Shown: positions 1-10,063, numbered from the stretch's first letter. The stretch is DNA of 64,000 nucleotides from an uncultured bacterium (GCA_965369655.1 CBDUQR010000008.1:6966-70965); one strand, 5' to 3'. The notes: generated from the letters alone by a model not told the origin. Made by a program: numbers and translations.

Positions 1-872
1 CCAAACGACTCGGCATGCCGGATGAGATCATTGCGCGCTCAGAGAAAATCGTCGGGACTCAGGAGCACAGCTTGTCAAGACTCATCGAGAAACTGGAGAG
101 TGAACTACGATTGTCGAGACAGGAAAAGTTCGAACTCGACCGTGAAAGACAGCAGGCCGAGGAACTCCGTAAGAATCTGAACGAGCGGGAATCAGGTTTG
201 AGAACGCGTGAGGAAACACTCAAACGGCGTGAAGTCGATGACGCTCGCGAACTTGTCGAATCAACTCGTAAGAAGCTCGAAGACCTCGTCAGGAGCATCC
301 GTGAGAAGCAGGCGGATAAAGAGACTGTGAAGGAAGCGCACGGTCAACTCAGAGAGATGGAAAGCGATTTCACCGAACAGCGGAATCGTCTGGAGCCCCG
401 CAAACGCCGCAAGAAAGAGAAATTGCAGCCGGGCGATGATGTCTTCATCGAGACCCTTCAGACTTCAGGTTCCCTGCTTGAGTACCAGCAAGCATCCGAT
501 TCATGGAGAGTCCAGGTCGGCAATATGATCTCGACCGTCAAGTCAGAATTCCTGTCGAAGCACGAGCAGAGTGATTCCAGGCCTGCGCTCCCGTCCGATG
601 TCAATTATGCGCCGTTCGAGGACATCTCCACTCAGATATCCGTAATCGGCCTGACCGTCGATGAAGCTATCGAAGAGGTCGACCGGTTTCTGGATCGAGT
701 GGCAATCAGCAACCTCGACACTGTTTACATCCTGCACGGCAAAGGCACAGGCGCACTGCGTCGCGCTATAAAGGATTTTCTCTCCAGACACCACCTCGTT
801 GCAGACTTCCGACTCGGATACGTTTCGGAGGGCAGTTCCGGCGTCACAGTCGTCACAATCAAACGTGATTAG
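1..872 (+). CDS. mutS2: Endonuclease MutS2, C-terminal fragment (coiled-coil linker plus Smr domain); the 5' end lies outside the window
   Basis: The frame is open from nt 3 (KRLGMPDEII...). A long charged coiled-coil stretch is followed by the Smr signature LDTVYILHGKGTGALRRAIKDFL near the C-terminus. A hairpin terminator follows. Confidence 0.85.
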   Translation, partial: KRLGMPDEIIARSEKIVGTQEHSLSRLIEKLESELRLSRQEKFELDRERQQAEELRKNLNERESGLRTREETLKRREVDDARELVESTRKKLEDLVRSIREKQADKETVKEAHGQLREMESDFTEQRNRLEPRKRRKKEKLQPGDDVFIETLQTSGSLLEYQQASDSWRVQVGNMISTVKSEFLSKHEQSDSRPALPSDVNYAPFEDISTQISVIGLTVDEAIEEVDRFLDRVAISNLDTVYILHGKGTGALRRAIKDFLSRHHLVADFRLGYVSEGSSGVTVVTIKRD

Positions 873-903
873 AAAATAACACGAATAGGAAAGCATTAAA
901 GAA

Positions 904-937
904 CCCGCAGGCTGTTTTGCCTGCGGGCAATTTTGTT
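904..937 (+). terminator. Rho-independent terminator downstream of mutS2
   Basis: Stem cccgcaggc (904-912) pairs with gcctgcggg (919-927) around a 6-nt loop, followed by caattttgtt. Confidence 0.6.
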
Positions 938-1510
938 GGGAGAGGCGGAGGGGGGATGCCCGACTCTAACGTCAGGTGGTTGGACAAAGTCCAACACGCA
1001 CCTCTCCCAATTCATGAGTACTCGCTATGTACCCCTGTCGTTGTTGTCGTCCGGCATCAGTTAAAGCAAGCCGCATGCCACATAAAGTGACACATCAACG
1101 ACAGGGACCCTTAGACCAAATTATTAAGATAGCCTCCTATCCTTCTGATATGACTCACTTTATTTAACACCTTACAGCGACGGTAAGTTCCATGCCGAAG
1201 CGCCGAAATATCACTCTGAAACATCCAGTGCAAACTTTTTCACATTCTGTGCATGTGTTTATCCAGCTTCGCGGATTTCGTGCTGATGCCAACTGTGGCA
1301 GGTGGCTTTCGTAAACCAACATGCCAGATCGTTTCAGGAGCGTCGCGTCTATCAGGCCTGATTCACGCGGGCAAAACATTCACCTCATCAATCTCAATGC
1401 CGATAATGATAAAAGCCTACTACACTGGCGCCGATGGCCGGGATTAAGGTTCGGAACACGTAACAACCGCTGCCCGCGGGTCGTCGCAGTAGTATACGCA
1501 TTCCGAGAGA

Positions 1511-2668
1511 TTGCTTGAGGTGATGGAGATGCAGCTTGAAACTCAGCGCGGACCGGAAGCAACCCGGATGCAGTCTGTAGAATCCGATGCTTTCGCAGCG
1601 GCTCCTCTGGCGATGCTCATCACAGACAGCTCGTTCCGAATCATAACAACCAACAAGGCAGCGATTCGTCTTCTCTCGCGAGATGATTCCGATCTGTCGG
1701 AACGTTCCATATTCGATTACTGTATTCCGGAGGACAGCTCGCTTGAAATCGATTCATGCGCGGAATCGCTGAGAAGCAGACGGTACGGCAGATTCCTCCC
1801 TGCTGCGGAGTCATCAGATGAGGTGCGAGTCAATCAGCCAATTGACATCTCAATTACAGACCTAAACGATGACAAGTATCTGCTAGTGTGCGAACAAGCT
1901 GCAAACACGGACAGAGAAAGCCCGAACATCGTAGAACTTGACCGTATGTTGACTCGGGGAGAGATGGCCGGAGAGATCGCACACGAAATGAACAACTATC
2001 TGACAATACTCCTCGGTAATGTCGAGATCATTCCGATTTTCTGCGAGAAGAAGAACTGCGATGTCACTCTGAAGAAAATCGGCCTGATGAAGGAAACGCT
2101 AAATAAGATCGGCTCTCTTTCCGAGAAGCTCGCGGCGTATGGCAAATCGCAGAAGGAATCGATCATCGCCGACATCAGCGGCCACATACAGGACATAATC
2201 GATTTCTTCACCCCGCAGAACAGATTTGATGGAATACGAATCGAGACGGATTATGATGACGGTCTCCTCCCCATTCGCGGCGACATCGGCAAAATGCAGC
2301 AGGCAGTCGGAAATCTTCTTCACAACGCTGCTGACGAAGTGAGCGCTTCGGGCGTTGAAAACCCGACAGTCACGGTAACGACACGACTCTCGGATGATAG
2401 CAGCCATGTGATGATCTCAGTTTCCGACAACGGTCGAGGCATTCCGGAGCAAATCAAGCCTCTGCTGTTCAACAGACGAGTCTCGATGAAGGAGTCGGGT
2501 GAAGGCTACGGACTTCTTACCGTGAAGGAAATTATCGACTCACACGCGGGCAGGATCACTTTTAAGGAGAACAAATCCGGTGGCTCGACATTCACCATCA
2601 TGCTGCCGGCAACAACTCCATCAGAGCCAGCCTTACCCGAAATCGACCTCGGAGACTTACTTCAATAA
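1511..2668 (+). CDS. Cytoplasmic PAS-domain sensor histidine kinase with no adjacent response regulator
   Basis: H-box EIAHEMNNYLTILLGNVE. HATPase_c motifs LLHNAADE, DNGRGIP and GEGYGLLTVKEII. No TM segment. The start is ambiguous (TTG 1511, GTG 1520, ATG 1523 or 1529). Confidence 0.85.
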   Translation: MLEVMEMQLETQRGPEATRMQSVESDAFAAAPLAMLITDSSFRIITTNKAAIRLLSRDDSDLSERSIFDYCIPEDSSLEIDSCAESLRSRRYGRFLPAAESSDEVRVNQPIDISITDLNDDKYLLVCEQAANTDRESPNIVELDRMLTRGEMAGEIAHEMNNYLTILLGNVEIIPIFCEKKNCDVTLKKIGLMKETLNKIGSLSEKLAAYGKSQKESIIADISGHIQDIIDFFTPQNRFDGIRIETDYDDGLLPIRGDIGKMQQAVGNLLHNAADEVSASGVENPTVTVTTRLSDDSSHVMISVSDNGRGIPEQIKPLLFNRRVSMKESGEGYGLLTVKEIIDSHAGRITFKENKSGGSTFTIMLPATTPSEPALPEIDLGDLLQ

Positions 2669-3885
2669 TCACATGGCGGGGGGCCGCCTCCGAAAATGTA
2701 CTCTATCAAATATACAACATCATCGATATCAACGTTGTCACTACAATCAACATCGCCCGACAATCCACTGCACGCCGGCTCGTCACCGCCGCCGAATATG
2801 TAGTTGATCAAATATACCACATCGTCGATATCTACGCCGCCGGAACCATCGGCGTCGCCTCGAGCGTATTCACACGGTGGCCCGATGTGACGCACCGCGG
2901 CTACCTGAGCGCCATCGCCTACCGGGAATGTCCTGATGATCGTCCCGGCGCTGTCGAGTTCGGTCACGGAGTCATCGGCGAAGTTCAACGAGAATACAGT
3001 CGAGTCGGAAGCTATCGTGACCGACATCACGCCCCCGTCGGTCAGTATCGGGTTCGATGGTCCCCGCAGAACATCGTACGATTCAGCATCGAAAGTCAGC
3101 ACATGCCCCGGGCTTCCGGGCTGCCACCAGCCCTCGCCCGCAGCGAGGAATCCGATATTGTCGGGCAATATCTCGATATCGGTCGGGTCACCGCCGATGA
3201 GGATTGAGTCGAGCACGACCATCTGGTCCGGGTCGAGCACATACACCGAACCGGTGCCATCGTATTCCCCGGTGCACACGACATAAAGATCGCCATTCGG
3301 TCCGAACGTCAGATCGCTCGGATTCTCGCCGACCTGAACCGGAGCGAGTGTTGAGTCTCCCCTGTTGTCCCATGCCGCCACGAAACCATGATCGTAGCTC
3401 GTATCCTGCCAAACGAATGACACGGTCGTGATAAAGCTCGTGTCACCTCTCACCACGATGCCCTGCGGGTTTTCTCCGCTGATCGGCGACTCGCTGATAA
3501 TCTCACCCGCTGAAGTGAATTTCGAGATCGTGCCGGTCAGCCAGTTTGTTACGAGAAATGTATCAGGCGCAATCTGTGCCATCTTCCACGGATTCCTGTT
3601 GGCGCCGAGAAATATCTCCCGCACTACCTGTCGGTCGATGAGATCATACATGTAAATATCCGATGTGCCCGAGTTGACGATGTACGCCGTGTCGCGCACG
3701 ATCAGAATATCATTCGGCCACAGACCGAGTGTCAGGATGTCGTTTGAGACCTGCTCGGTTTCGAGATCGACCATGCTGAGCGTCTCGGCTGAGCCATTGA
3801 TTACATAAAGTTCGTCTGATTTCAGCGTTGCCGACAGCGATACCACAGCAAGGATCATGGTTGTAAATACTGCGATGCGTAACAT
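2662..3885 (-). CDS. Secreted beta-propeller protein (YncE/YVTN-like repeats) with a C-terminal double dockerin-like module
   Basis: Signal peptide MLRIAVFTTMILAVVSLSA. GGAGG Shine-Dalgarno about 7 nt upstream of ATG 3885. Repetitive strand-rich body. The tail is GDADGSGGVDIDDVVYLINYIFGGG...DVDCSDNVDIDDVVYLIEYIFGGGPPPCDY. It lies 17 nt downstream of the TonB receptor. Confidence 0.75.
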   Translation of the reverse strand: MLRIAVFTTMILAVVSLSATLKSDELYVINGSAETLSMVDLETEQVSNDILTLGLWPNDILIVRDTAYIVNSGTSDIYMYDLIDRQVVREIFLGANRNPWKMAQIAPDTFLVTNWLTGTISKFTSAGEIISESPISGENPQGIVVRGDTSFITTVSFVWQDTSYDHGFVAAWDNRGDSTLAPVQVGENPSDLTFGPNGDLYVVCTGEYDGTGSVYVLDPDQMVVLDSILIGGDPTDIEILPDNIGFLAAGEGWWQPGSPGHVLTFDAESYDVLRGPSNPILTDGGVMSVTIASDSTVFSLNFADDSVTELDSAGTIIRTFPVGDGAQVAAVRHIGPPCEYARGDADGSGGVDIDDVVYLINYIFGGGDEPACSGLSGDVDCSDNVDIDDVVYLIEYIFGGGPPPCDY

Positions 3886-3902
3886 ATCATTACCTCCGGT
3901 TG

Positions 3903-6146
3903 TTATGCGCCAAACGGAACGGTCATCCTGAGCCTAATGGACCAGAGCCGCACTGGCAGCGGGTATCTCTCGATTAACATATATTCCGTGCCTGTCGAAT
4001 TGTCGATTGTGTATTGCAGCCTGAATCTGAACCACTTGATATGATACTTGAGCGCGGCTCTGAAATCTGCGACAGTGTAACCGTCGAGCCACTTGGAGTT
4101 CGCCTCCCGGATAAATCTCTTCGAGACGCTGCGTATCCGGTAGCTGCAATCGATCAGGCTGCTCTCGTATCTGATCGTGAAATCCTGAATGAACCGTGGA
4201 CGATACATCAATTGCTTGTCGTGCGTTGTGCGTTCAAATGAACGATCTTTCGATATCTGGTCGGTGTTGGAGTAGCTTGCTGTCAGATTCAATGGATCGA
4301 GACGCCACATGATATTCATCGTGCGCGTGACGACCAGCGCGCCGCTCAGGTTGCGCGGAGTGAATTTGTTGTCGTTCGTCCTCAGCCAGTATATCAAATC
4401 CCGATAGACCGAATGAGTGTAGCGCACAGTGGCTTTCAGTTCACCGAGTATCGGCGCCGATACACTCAGCGCCGCCGATGACTCCTCGAGGCGTTCGGGT
4501 CGAAGATCAGGGTTGCCTATTGCGAACACGCCGTCATTCCAGAAAAGAGATGTATATAGAGGCGGCCGGAACGACTTGCCGTATGACACCTCACAGCGAC
4601 TGTCAATCCAGTGCGAGTAATTGATGCCAGTCTGAATCGACGGAGAGTAGAGCGGATCGAACAAGCTGCTGTAATCCGCGCGCGCTCTCAAAAGCATGTC
4701 CGACGAAAACCGGTTCTTCCCCCCTGAGTCAAAGACAGACCTGTCCGCCGAGATCACGAACGCCGCCCTGCGTTCGAGGACATCATCGAACACAGCGCCC
4801 GGCCTGATAAAGTTCTCCATCGTGAACGATTCGTGCCCTCCGGTAGCAGAGACATCAAACCTCGTATCGGAGTCGAGGTGATAACCCGCATCAACCTTTA
4901 TCTGGTGGAGCCTGTCCGCATACTCGACATCGGTCTCGAGGTGCCGGAGCGTGTCCCTGTCCCGATATCTCTGATCGTAATCCTTGAAAGAATATCGCGC
5001 GTCATAGGTCACTTTCCCGTCGTGTCCATCAATCGAAGCCGAGAACAAATCGCGCGATTCTTCCTTGCGCGCTTCGGGAGTGAACTGGTCCGGCAGGAAA
5101 CCCGGAAGACCGTTCTTCTGATCGAATCTCATGTATGACAAATGCAGCCAGCCGGGATTCCCGTTGCCGAGTCGGGCCGCAATGCCGCTGTTTCTTCTCG
5201 CAATGTCCGCGTTCCTGCGCCTGATCACGCCTTCTCTTTCATGTTCGTACATGAAATCGTTCTTCGCAGTGAACCGTGAGTATGATGCCGATGCCGATCC
5301 AGCGTCTCCGACTCCCACGGTCGCTCTTGCCGAGGCAGACCCTGCTCCGTGGCTTCCGGCTGAACCATCGAGTTCAAGTTGTGAATCAGCGTACGCCATC
5401 GTCGTAAAAATGCTCAACACGCCCCCCACCGCACCCGCGCCGAACTGCGACGATGAACCTCCCTGCTGAAATTCCACTCTGGACACATTCGATAAGGGTA
5501 TCGAATTGACATCCGCTACGCCCGTGATCGGCGAGTTGATCCTGACTCCGTCGAGCAGCACGAGCACTTCCTTCGACGGCCCGCCCCTGACCGAAACTGA
5601 AGCCTCACCTGAATTTCCTGCGGTGCTGTTGACGATCAGATTCGGAATCTGGTCGAGAATTTCAGCCACTGTGCTCGCAGATTGAAACTCCGGAGACCTG
5701 CGATCAATTACGATCTTCCGCGAATCGTTGTGGAGCTTCGAACCAAGAATCTTCTGCGCCCCAGCATAGTAAAGCAGAGGTTTAAGACACAGATCGCAAG
5801 TCGCAGTCCTGTCGATATATACAACGACCGCCACCTGCGAGTCATAGTATGCCGGAGCGGAGATTTCGATCTCATACGATCCCGGCTTCAGACCATACAC
5901 CCGGAACGATCCGTTCTCGTCTGTCACTATCGCATCCGGAGTCGCGTTGATTCTGATGACACCGTCGGGGACAGGACGATTCGTCTCGCAGTCGGTGAGC
6001 CGTCCGCTGATACTCAGGTCCGACTGCCCGGATGCGACGCCGGACAAGATTGTCAAAATGCAGACCAGAGAGAAAAGCCGCTGCAAAGTCATACTGCTCA
6101 GCACAGCGCAGACAATGTGGATGAAAATCGTACTCGTGACTCTCAC
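3903..6146 (-). CDS. TonB-dependent outer-membrane receptor with an N-terminal CarboxypepD_reg-like domain; probably a corrinoid (BtuB-like) transporter
   Basis: Carboxypeptidase-regulatory-like segment ISGRLTD...GSYEIEISAPAYY. Plug motifs VSVRGGPSKEVLVLLDGVRINSP and VSRVEFQQGGSSSQFGAGAVGGVLSI. Long barrel. A cobalamin riboswitch lies immediately upstream. A better signal peptide starts at ATG 6089 (MTLQRLFSLVCILTILSGVASG). Confidence 0.9.
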   Translation of the reverse strand: MRVTSTIFIHIVCAVLSSMTLQRLFSLVCILTILSGVASGQSDLSISGRLTDCETNRPVPDGVIRINATPDAIVTDENGSFRVYGLKPGSYEIEISAPAYYDSQVAVVVYIDRTATCDLCLKPLLYYAGAQKILGSKLHNDSRKIVIDRRSPEFQSASTVAEILDQIPNLIVNSTAGNSGEASVSVRGGPSKEVLVLLDGVRINSPITGVADVNSIPLSNVSRVEFQQGGSSSQFGAGAVGGVLSIFTTMAYADSQLELDGSAGSHGAGSASARATVGVGDAGSASASYSRFTAKNDFMYEHEREGVIRRRNADIARRNSGIAARLGNGNPGWLHLSYMRFDQKNGLPGFLPDQFTPEARKEESRDLFSASIDGHDGKVTYDARYSFKDYDQRYRDRDTLRHLETDVEYADRLHQIKVDAGYHLDSDTRFDVSATGGHESFTMENFIRPGAVFDDVLERRAAFVISADRSVFDSGGKNRFSSDMLLRARADYSSLFDPLYSPSIQTGINYSHWIDSRCEVSYGKSFRPPLYTSLFWNDGVFAIGNPDLRPERLEESSAALSVSAPILGELKATVRYTHSVYRDLIYWLRTNDNKFTPRNLSGALVVTRTMNIMWRLDPLNLTASYSNTDQISKDRSFERTTHDKQLMYRPRFIQDFTIRYESSLIDCSYRIRSVSKRFIREANSKWLDGYTVADFRAALKYHIKWFRFRLQYTIDNSTGTEYMLIERYPLPVRLWSIRLRMTVPFGA

Positions 6147-6177
6147 CCCCGCCCGCGCAAGGATAAGGTTCAGGTCA

Positions 6178-6340
6178 GGTCCGGCAGGTCTCCTGGCTCA
6201 CGGGTCATCCTACTCGCAGGCGCCTTCCCACCCGAGGGCAGTGGCATTCGATATTACGTGCCTGCTTTCGTCGCCGATTACAGTAGCGGGGCTGCGGTGG
6301 CATCTCACCACCTTCCCTATTAAGCGCTCTGCACCGAACC
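6178..6340 (-). promoter_or_regulatory. Cobalamin (B12) riboswitch in the 5' leader of the TonB receptor gene
   Basis: The minus strand reads AATAGGGAAGGTGGTGAGATGCCACCGCAGCCCCGCTACTGTAA ... GCCACTG ... GGGAAGGCG ... GACCCGTGAGCCAGGAGACCTGCC. This matches the conserved core and B12 box of Rfam RF00174. Confidence 0.85.
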
Positions 6341-6353
6341 GATTTCAGAAAGC

Positions 6354-6382
6354 AATAAAACTGGGGATCAGTCGAGTGTCAA
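6354..6382 (-). promoter_or_regulatory. Candidate sigma70-type promoter for the riboswitch/TonB receptor operon
   Basis: On the minus strand: TTGACA (6382-6377), 17-nt spacer, TTTATT (6359-6354), just upstream of the riboswitch core. It abuts the rlmN stop codon. Confidence 0.3.
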
Positions 6383-6384
6383 CA

Positions 6385-7440
6385 TCAATCTTCGGTTGGG
6401 TCCTGATGGCTCGCCAGTTGTCCGCATGCGGCGAGTATATCTGCGCCTCTCGACTTGCGAAAAGTGACAGCCGGGCATCGGGGATACAGGTAGTCGGTAA
6501 AGCGGATAACGCTCTCCTCTGACGGTCGCCGAAATGCAGGAGGAAGACCCGGCGCAGAGTTGTATGCGAGCAGATTGATCTTGCATGGCAGATCATGTAT
6601 GAACCGCACGAGATCTTTGGCACATTCGAGCGTGTCGTTGATACCGCCGATCAGGCAGTATTCTATCGTCAGGCGTTTGCCGGTAGTATCGGCATAGTGT
6701 TTCATCGCGGCGCGCAGCTCGGACAGCGGATATTTCTTATTGATCGGAACAAGCTTTGACCGAAGATCATCATTGGCCGCGTGAAGCGATACGGCCAGCA
6801 TCGTTTTCAAGCCGGAATCAGCGAGGCGATATATCCCCGGCACAATTCCGACCGTCGAGAATGTGATCCTCTTCTGTGCGATGCCGAGGCCATGGTCGGA
6901 CATCAGGAGTTCCGCCCCCGCGACAACATTGTCGTAGTTCAGAAACGGCTCCCCCATACCCATGAATACGATATTCTGGAAATCATCATCGCCCGACAGG
7001 ACCGACTTGACCGAATAGACCTGCTCCGCAATCTCTCCGGGCGTAAGATCGCGCTGCAGTTTCATCGTCCCGGTCAGGCAGAACGTGCACGCCAGCGGGC
7101 ACCCGACCTGACTCGAAACACATATTGTACTCCTGCTCGATCCGGGAATCCAGACAGTCTCGATCATTGCGCCGTCAGCGAGCCGCAACAGCAGCTTGCG
7201 TGTTCTGTCGATCTCGGATGATGTCGTACTGACTATCTCGGCGCGAGATACATAATATCCGGCGGAAAGAACCTCACGGAATTCTCTCGACAGACTGGTC
7301 ATCCCGGAGAACTCGGTCGCATTGTGCCTGTGAATCCATTGAAATAGTTGCCGACCCGGATACTTCCTTTCGACAAGTTCATCCGACAGGTTTTCAAGCT
7401 CTATAAGGCTGAAATTCTTCAGATCAATTTTCGACCGCAT
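6385..7440 (-). CDS. rlmN: 23S rRNA/tRNA (adenine-C2)-methyltransferase RlmN (radical SAM)
   Basis: Radical SAM cluster motif CVSSQVGCPLACTFCLTG plus MGMGEPFLNYDNV and a C-terminal CGQL. The homology-consistent start is ATG 7440 (MRSKIDLKNFSLIELE), which overlaps the der stop by 1 nt. The ORF track extends to 7590. Confidence 0.9.
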   Translation of the reverse strand: MRSKIDLKNFSLIELENLSDELVERKYPGRQLFQWIHRHNATEFSGMTSLSREFREVLSAGYYVSRAEIVSTTSSEIDRTRKLLLRLADGAMIETVWIPGSSRSTICVSSQVGCPLACTFCLTGTMKLQRDLTPGEIAEQVYSVKSVLSGDDDFQNIVFMGMGEPFLNYDNVVAGAELLMSDHGLGIAQKRITFSTVGIVPGIYRLADSGLKTMLAVSLHAANDDLRSKLVPINKKYPLSELRAAMKHYADTTGKRLTIEYCLIGGINDTLECAKDLVRFIHDLPCKINLLAYNSAPGLPPAFRRPSEESVIRFTDYLYPRCPAVTFRKSRGADILAACGQLASHQDPTED

Positions 7441-8765
7441 CAGTTCCTCACGCCCCGCGCTTTTACTTTGATCCTGATCGGCACGCCCTCGAAATCCCAG
7501 GTCGCCCGCAGGCGATTCTCGATATACCTGAGATACTGTCTCTGCAAGAGTTTCGGGTAGTTGCAGAAAAACACGAACGTCGGAGGACAAACCTCAGACT
7601 GCGTCACGTAGAAAAACTTTATGTGCTTGCCGCGCACCGCCGCCGGATGCTGCCTGTTGACAGTCTCCTCGATGAACCGATTCAACTCTGAAGTCTGGAT
7701 TCGATAGTTCTGACGGTCATTGATTTTCTTGCAGAGCTTCAGGACATTGACTCCGCGCTGACCGGTTGTTGCGGACATGAAGATCATCGGCAAGTATGAC
7801 AACGTTGGGATTTTCCCTCGTATCGACTCCTCGTAAATCCGAGACGTGTTCGTCTCTTTGTCCTCGATAAGATCCCACTTGTTGATCGCAAGCAACGCCC
7901 CCGTCCTGAACGACATCACTTCTTCAAGCACCTGGATATCCTGATGCAACAGGCCTTCGTGCGCCTCGATCAGGATGACCGCGATGTCGCATCGTTCGAC
8001 GCTCTTCAGGGTCCGAAGCGTAGTGTAGAACTCGATGTTCTCTTTGATCTTTGATTTTCTCCTGAGCCCCGCCGTATCTATGAGGATAAACTTCTCCCCC
8101 TCGAATTCGATCTGAGTATCTATCGAATCCCTCGTCGTTCCTGGAATGTCAGTGACAATCTGTCGCTGTTTCCCGCTGAGGAAATTCACAAGCGATGATT
8201 TGCCGACGTTGGGCCGCCCTACTACCGCAATTTTCAGCATGTCGCTTTCGGGAAGCTCTTCGCCCTCAGGCAGGCGCTCGACGATCAGGTCGAGCATATC
8301 CCCTGTGTTATAACCTGATATGGCTGCGATGTCGATCGGTTCTCCGAGTCCTAACGAGAAGAACCGATTCGTCTCGAGCTGGTATGTCTCGTTGTCAGCT
8401 TTGTTGGCAACCACAAGCACCGGCGTTTTCGATCTCTGGAGCCTCCGGGCGATGTCATCATCGAGATCAGTCGCGCCGACCCTGGAATCGACCATGAACA
8501 GCACAAGATCAGCCTCGTCGATAGCGATCTCAGCCTGCTCACGGACGAGTTGGTTGATGAGATCATCGCTGTCGGGAATGAATCCACCCGTATCGATGAG
8601 ATAGAATTCCCTGCCCGCCCAGTCTGCACGGCCAAATAAGCGGTCGCGCGTTACGCCGGGCTGATCATCGACAACCGCGACTCGCTGTCGCAGGATGCGA
8701 TTGAACAGGGTCGACTTTCCTACATTCGGTCGACCTATGATTGCCACGACAGGAAGACGGTTCAA
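7440..8765 (-). CDS. der: Ribosome-associated GTPase Der/EngA (tandem GTPase domains plus KH-like domain)
   Basis: Two G1 motifs (GRPNVGKSTLFN and GRPNVGKSSLVN), two DTGG/DTAG motifs and two NKAD/NKWD motifs. Confidence 0.95.
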   Translation of the reverse strand: MNRLPVVAIIGRPNVGKSTLFNRILRQRVAVVDDQPGVTRDRLFGRADWAGREFYLIDTGGFIPDSDDLINQLVREQAEIAIDEADLVLFMVDSRVGATDLDDDIARRLQRSKTPVLVVANKADNETYQLETNRFFSLGLGEPIDIAAISGYNTGDMLDLIVERLPEGEELPESDMLKIAVVGRPNVGKSSLVNFLSGKQRQIVTDIPGTTRDSIDTQIEFEGEKFILIDTAGLRRKSKIKENIEFYTTLRTLKSVERCDIAVILIEAHEGLLHQDIQVLEEVMSFRTGALLAINKWDLIEDKETNTSRIYEESIRGKIPTLSYLPMIFMSATTGQRGVNVLKLCKKINDRQNYRIQTSELNRFIEETVNRQHPAAVRGKHIKFFYVTQSEVCPPTFVFFCNYPKLLQRQYLRYIENRLRATWDFEGVPIRIKVKARGVRN

Positions 8766-10063
8766 TTCGACAACTCCTCCATGATCCTGATGAGTGTCTC
8801 GCGAGGAGAATATGACGCCTGGACAACAGGGCGATCCAGTTCCCTCGACATATCGTTCAGAGCCAGATCATCCAGAAACAAACCATCATCGTTCAGACAA
8901 TCCGGCGGTACTACCACGCAGTCTCCGATTCGATCCAGCCCTCTTGCGGCATCGATCATATCCGTTCCGCACAACAATCCAGAAACCGAAACAGTACGCC
9001 CCAGGAATTCGTTCTGAACAGGCACAACCTCGCAACTGAGACTGCCGACAGTCGCCCACTTCTCGGCAAGAGTTGAATCGAGAATATCCGAAACCATGCG
9101 ACCCGTCAGCACGGTGAGACTCAGATCGCCATCGATGGATATATCGCCCGCCGTGTCCGAGTCGAGCAACTGCCTGACCATCCCCACTCCATTCTCAACC
9201 TGTGGGAAATCATCGTAGAATGAACTCGGCGGTATCTGCTCACCCACGAGTATGAAGAACTCGTCCGCAGGATAGACAAAACGGCTCGCCAGAGATTCAG
9301 CAAGGGATTCTCCCTTTCTCATCAGATACGACAGGACCTCGCGCGCCAGATCGGGAGTCACCGGATCGATGCGGGGAAGTTTCGATCTGTGCCTCGTCAG
9401 GCCGACAGGCACAACAGCTATCGACGCGACATTCGGACAGAGATCGGCGAGATCATCAATGGTCCGCTCGAGTTGCGCGCCATCGTTCCAGCCGGGGCAT
9501 AACACAATCTGCGTGTGAAGCTCGATCCCGGACTCGACAAGTCGCCTGAGCTGCGGCATCAGATCGGGAATCTTGTCGTTGCTGAGCAGTCGGCGCCGGA
9601 GTTCCTCGTTCGTGGTGTGAACTGAAACATAGAGTGGCGACAGTCTCTGGGATTCGATCCTCTCGAAATCCGATTCGCTAAGATTTGTCAGCGTGATGTA
9701 GTTGCCATGGCTGAACGACAATCGATAGTCCTCATCTTTGATGTAGAGCGATCTTCTGAGACCCTTCGGAAGCTGGTGTATGAAACAGAACACACACTTA
9801 TTCCCGCAGGTTTTAACCCTGTCCGGCTCGAACTCAAGCTCAAGACCGAGCAGGTCCTCAAAACCGATTTCGAGTTCGATCTGTTCGCCATCGGACGTTT
9901 CTATCAGCAGGATCAAGTCTTCTTCTGTCGACAGAAATTCGTAGTCGAGCAGATCGCTGACCTGACGGCCATTCACGGCCAGCAGTTTGGATCCTTCGCC
10001 GATACCGAGGTCCCGCAGCATCGGATCATCGGATGTCGATTTGATTGTCAGCATATCCTGCAT
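8762..10063 (-). CDS. PDZ-domain radical-SAM-like protein of the DUF512 family
   Basis: N-terminal PDZ-like LRDLGIGEGSKLLAVNGRQVSDLLDY, then CGNKCVFCFIHQLPKGLRRSLYIKDEDYRLSFSHGNYITLTN. The 4-nt ATGA overlap with der matches the conserved DUF512-der arrangement. Confidence 0.8.
   Translation of the reverse strand: MQDMLTIKSTSDDPMLRDLGIGEGSKLLAVNGRQVSDLLDYEFLSTEEDLILLIETSDGEQIELEIGFEDLLGLELEFEPDRVKTCGNKCVFCFIHQLPKGLRRSLYIKDEDYRLSFSHGNYITLTNLSESDFERIESQRLSPLYVSVHTTNEELRRRLLSNDKIPDLMPQLRRLVESGIELHTQIVLCPGWNDGAQLERTIDDLADLCPNVASIAVVPVGLTRHRSKLPRIDPVTPDLAREVLSYLMRKGESLAESLASRFVYPADEFFILVGEQIPPSSFYDDFPQVENGVGMVRQLLDSDTAGDISIDGDLSLTVLTGRMVSDILDSTLAEKWATVGSLSCEVVPVQNEFLGRTVSVSGLLCGTDMIDAARGLDRIGDCVVVPPDCLNDDGLFLDDLALNDMSRELDRPVVQASYSPRETLIRIMEELSN

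Noticed and set aside
938-1117. Structured-looking non-coding stretch after mutS2. It contains ttgggagagg...cctctcccaa enclosing ttggac-aaa-gtccaa, plus GCGGAGGGGGG and GGACAAAGTCC strings reminiscent of RNase P RNA or a tmRNA 3' end.
   Set aside because: The universal RNase P GGAAAGUCCGGGC / ACAGAA...GGCUUA elements are absent, as is a tmRNA T-arm (GGTTCGAnTCC) with an acceptor end. I cannot assign it to any RNA family by eye. The 640-bp gap (873-1510) remains unexplained and could be scanned with Rfam.
7441-7590. N-terminal extensions offered by the ORF track: rlmN to 7590, Omp85 to 26150, batE to 14820, the M6 protease to 35372, and the 1107-aa protein to 29347
   Set aside because: In each case an internal ATG gives a family-typical N-terminus or signal peptide and sits exactly at a stop/start overlap with the upstream gene. 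The extensions would overlap the upstream coding region.
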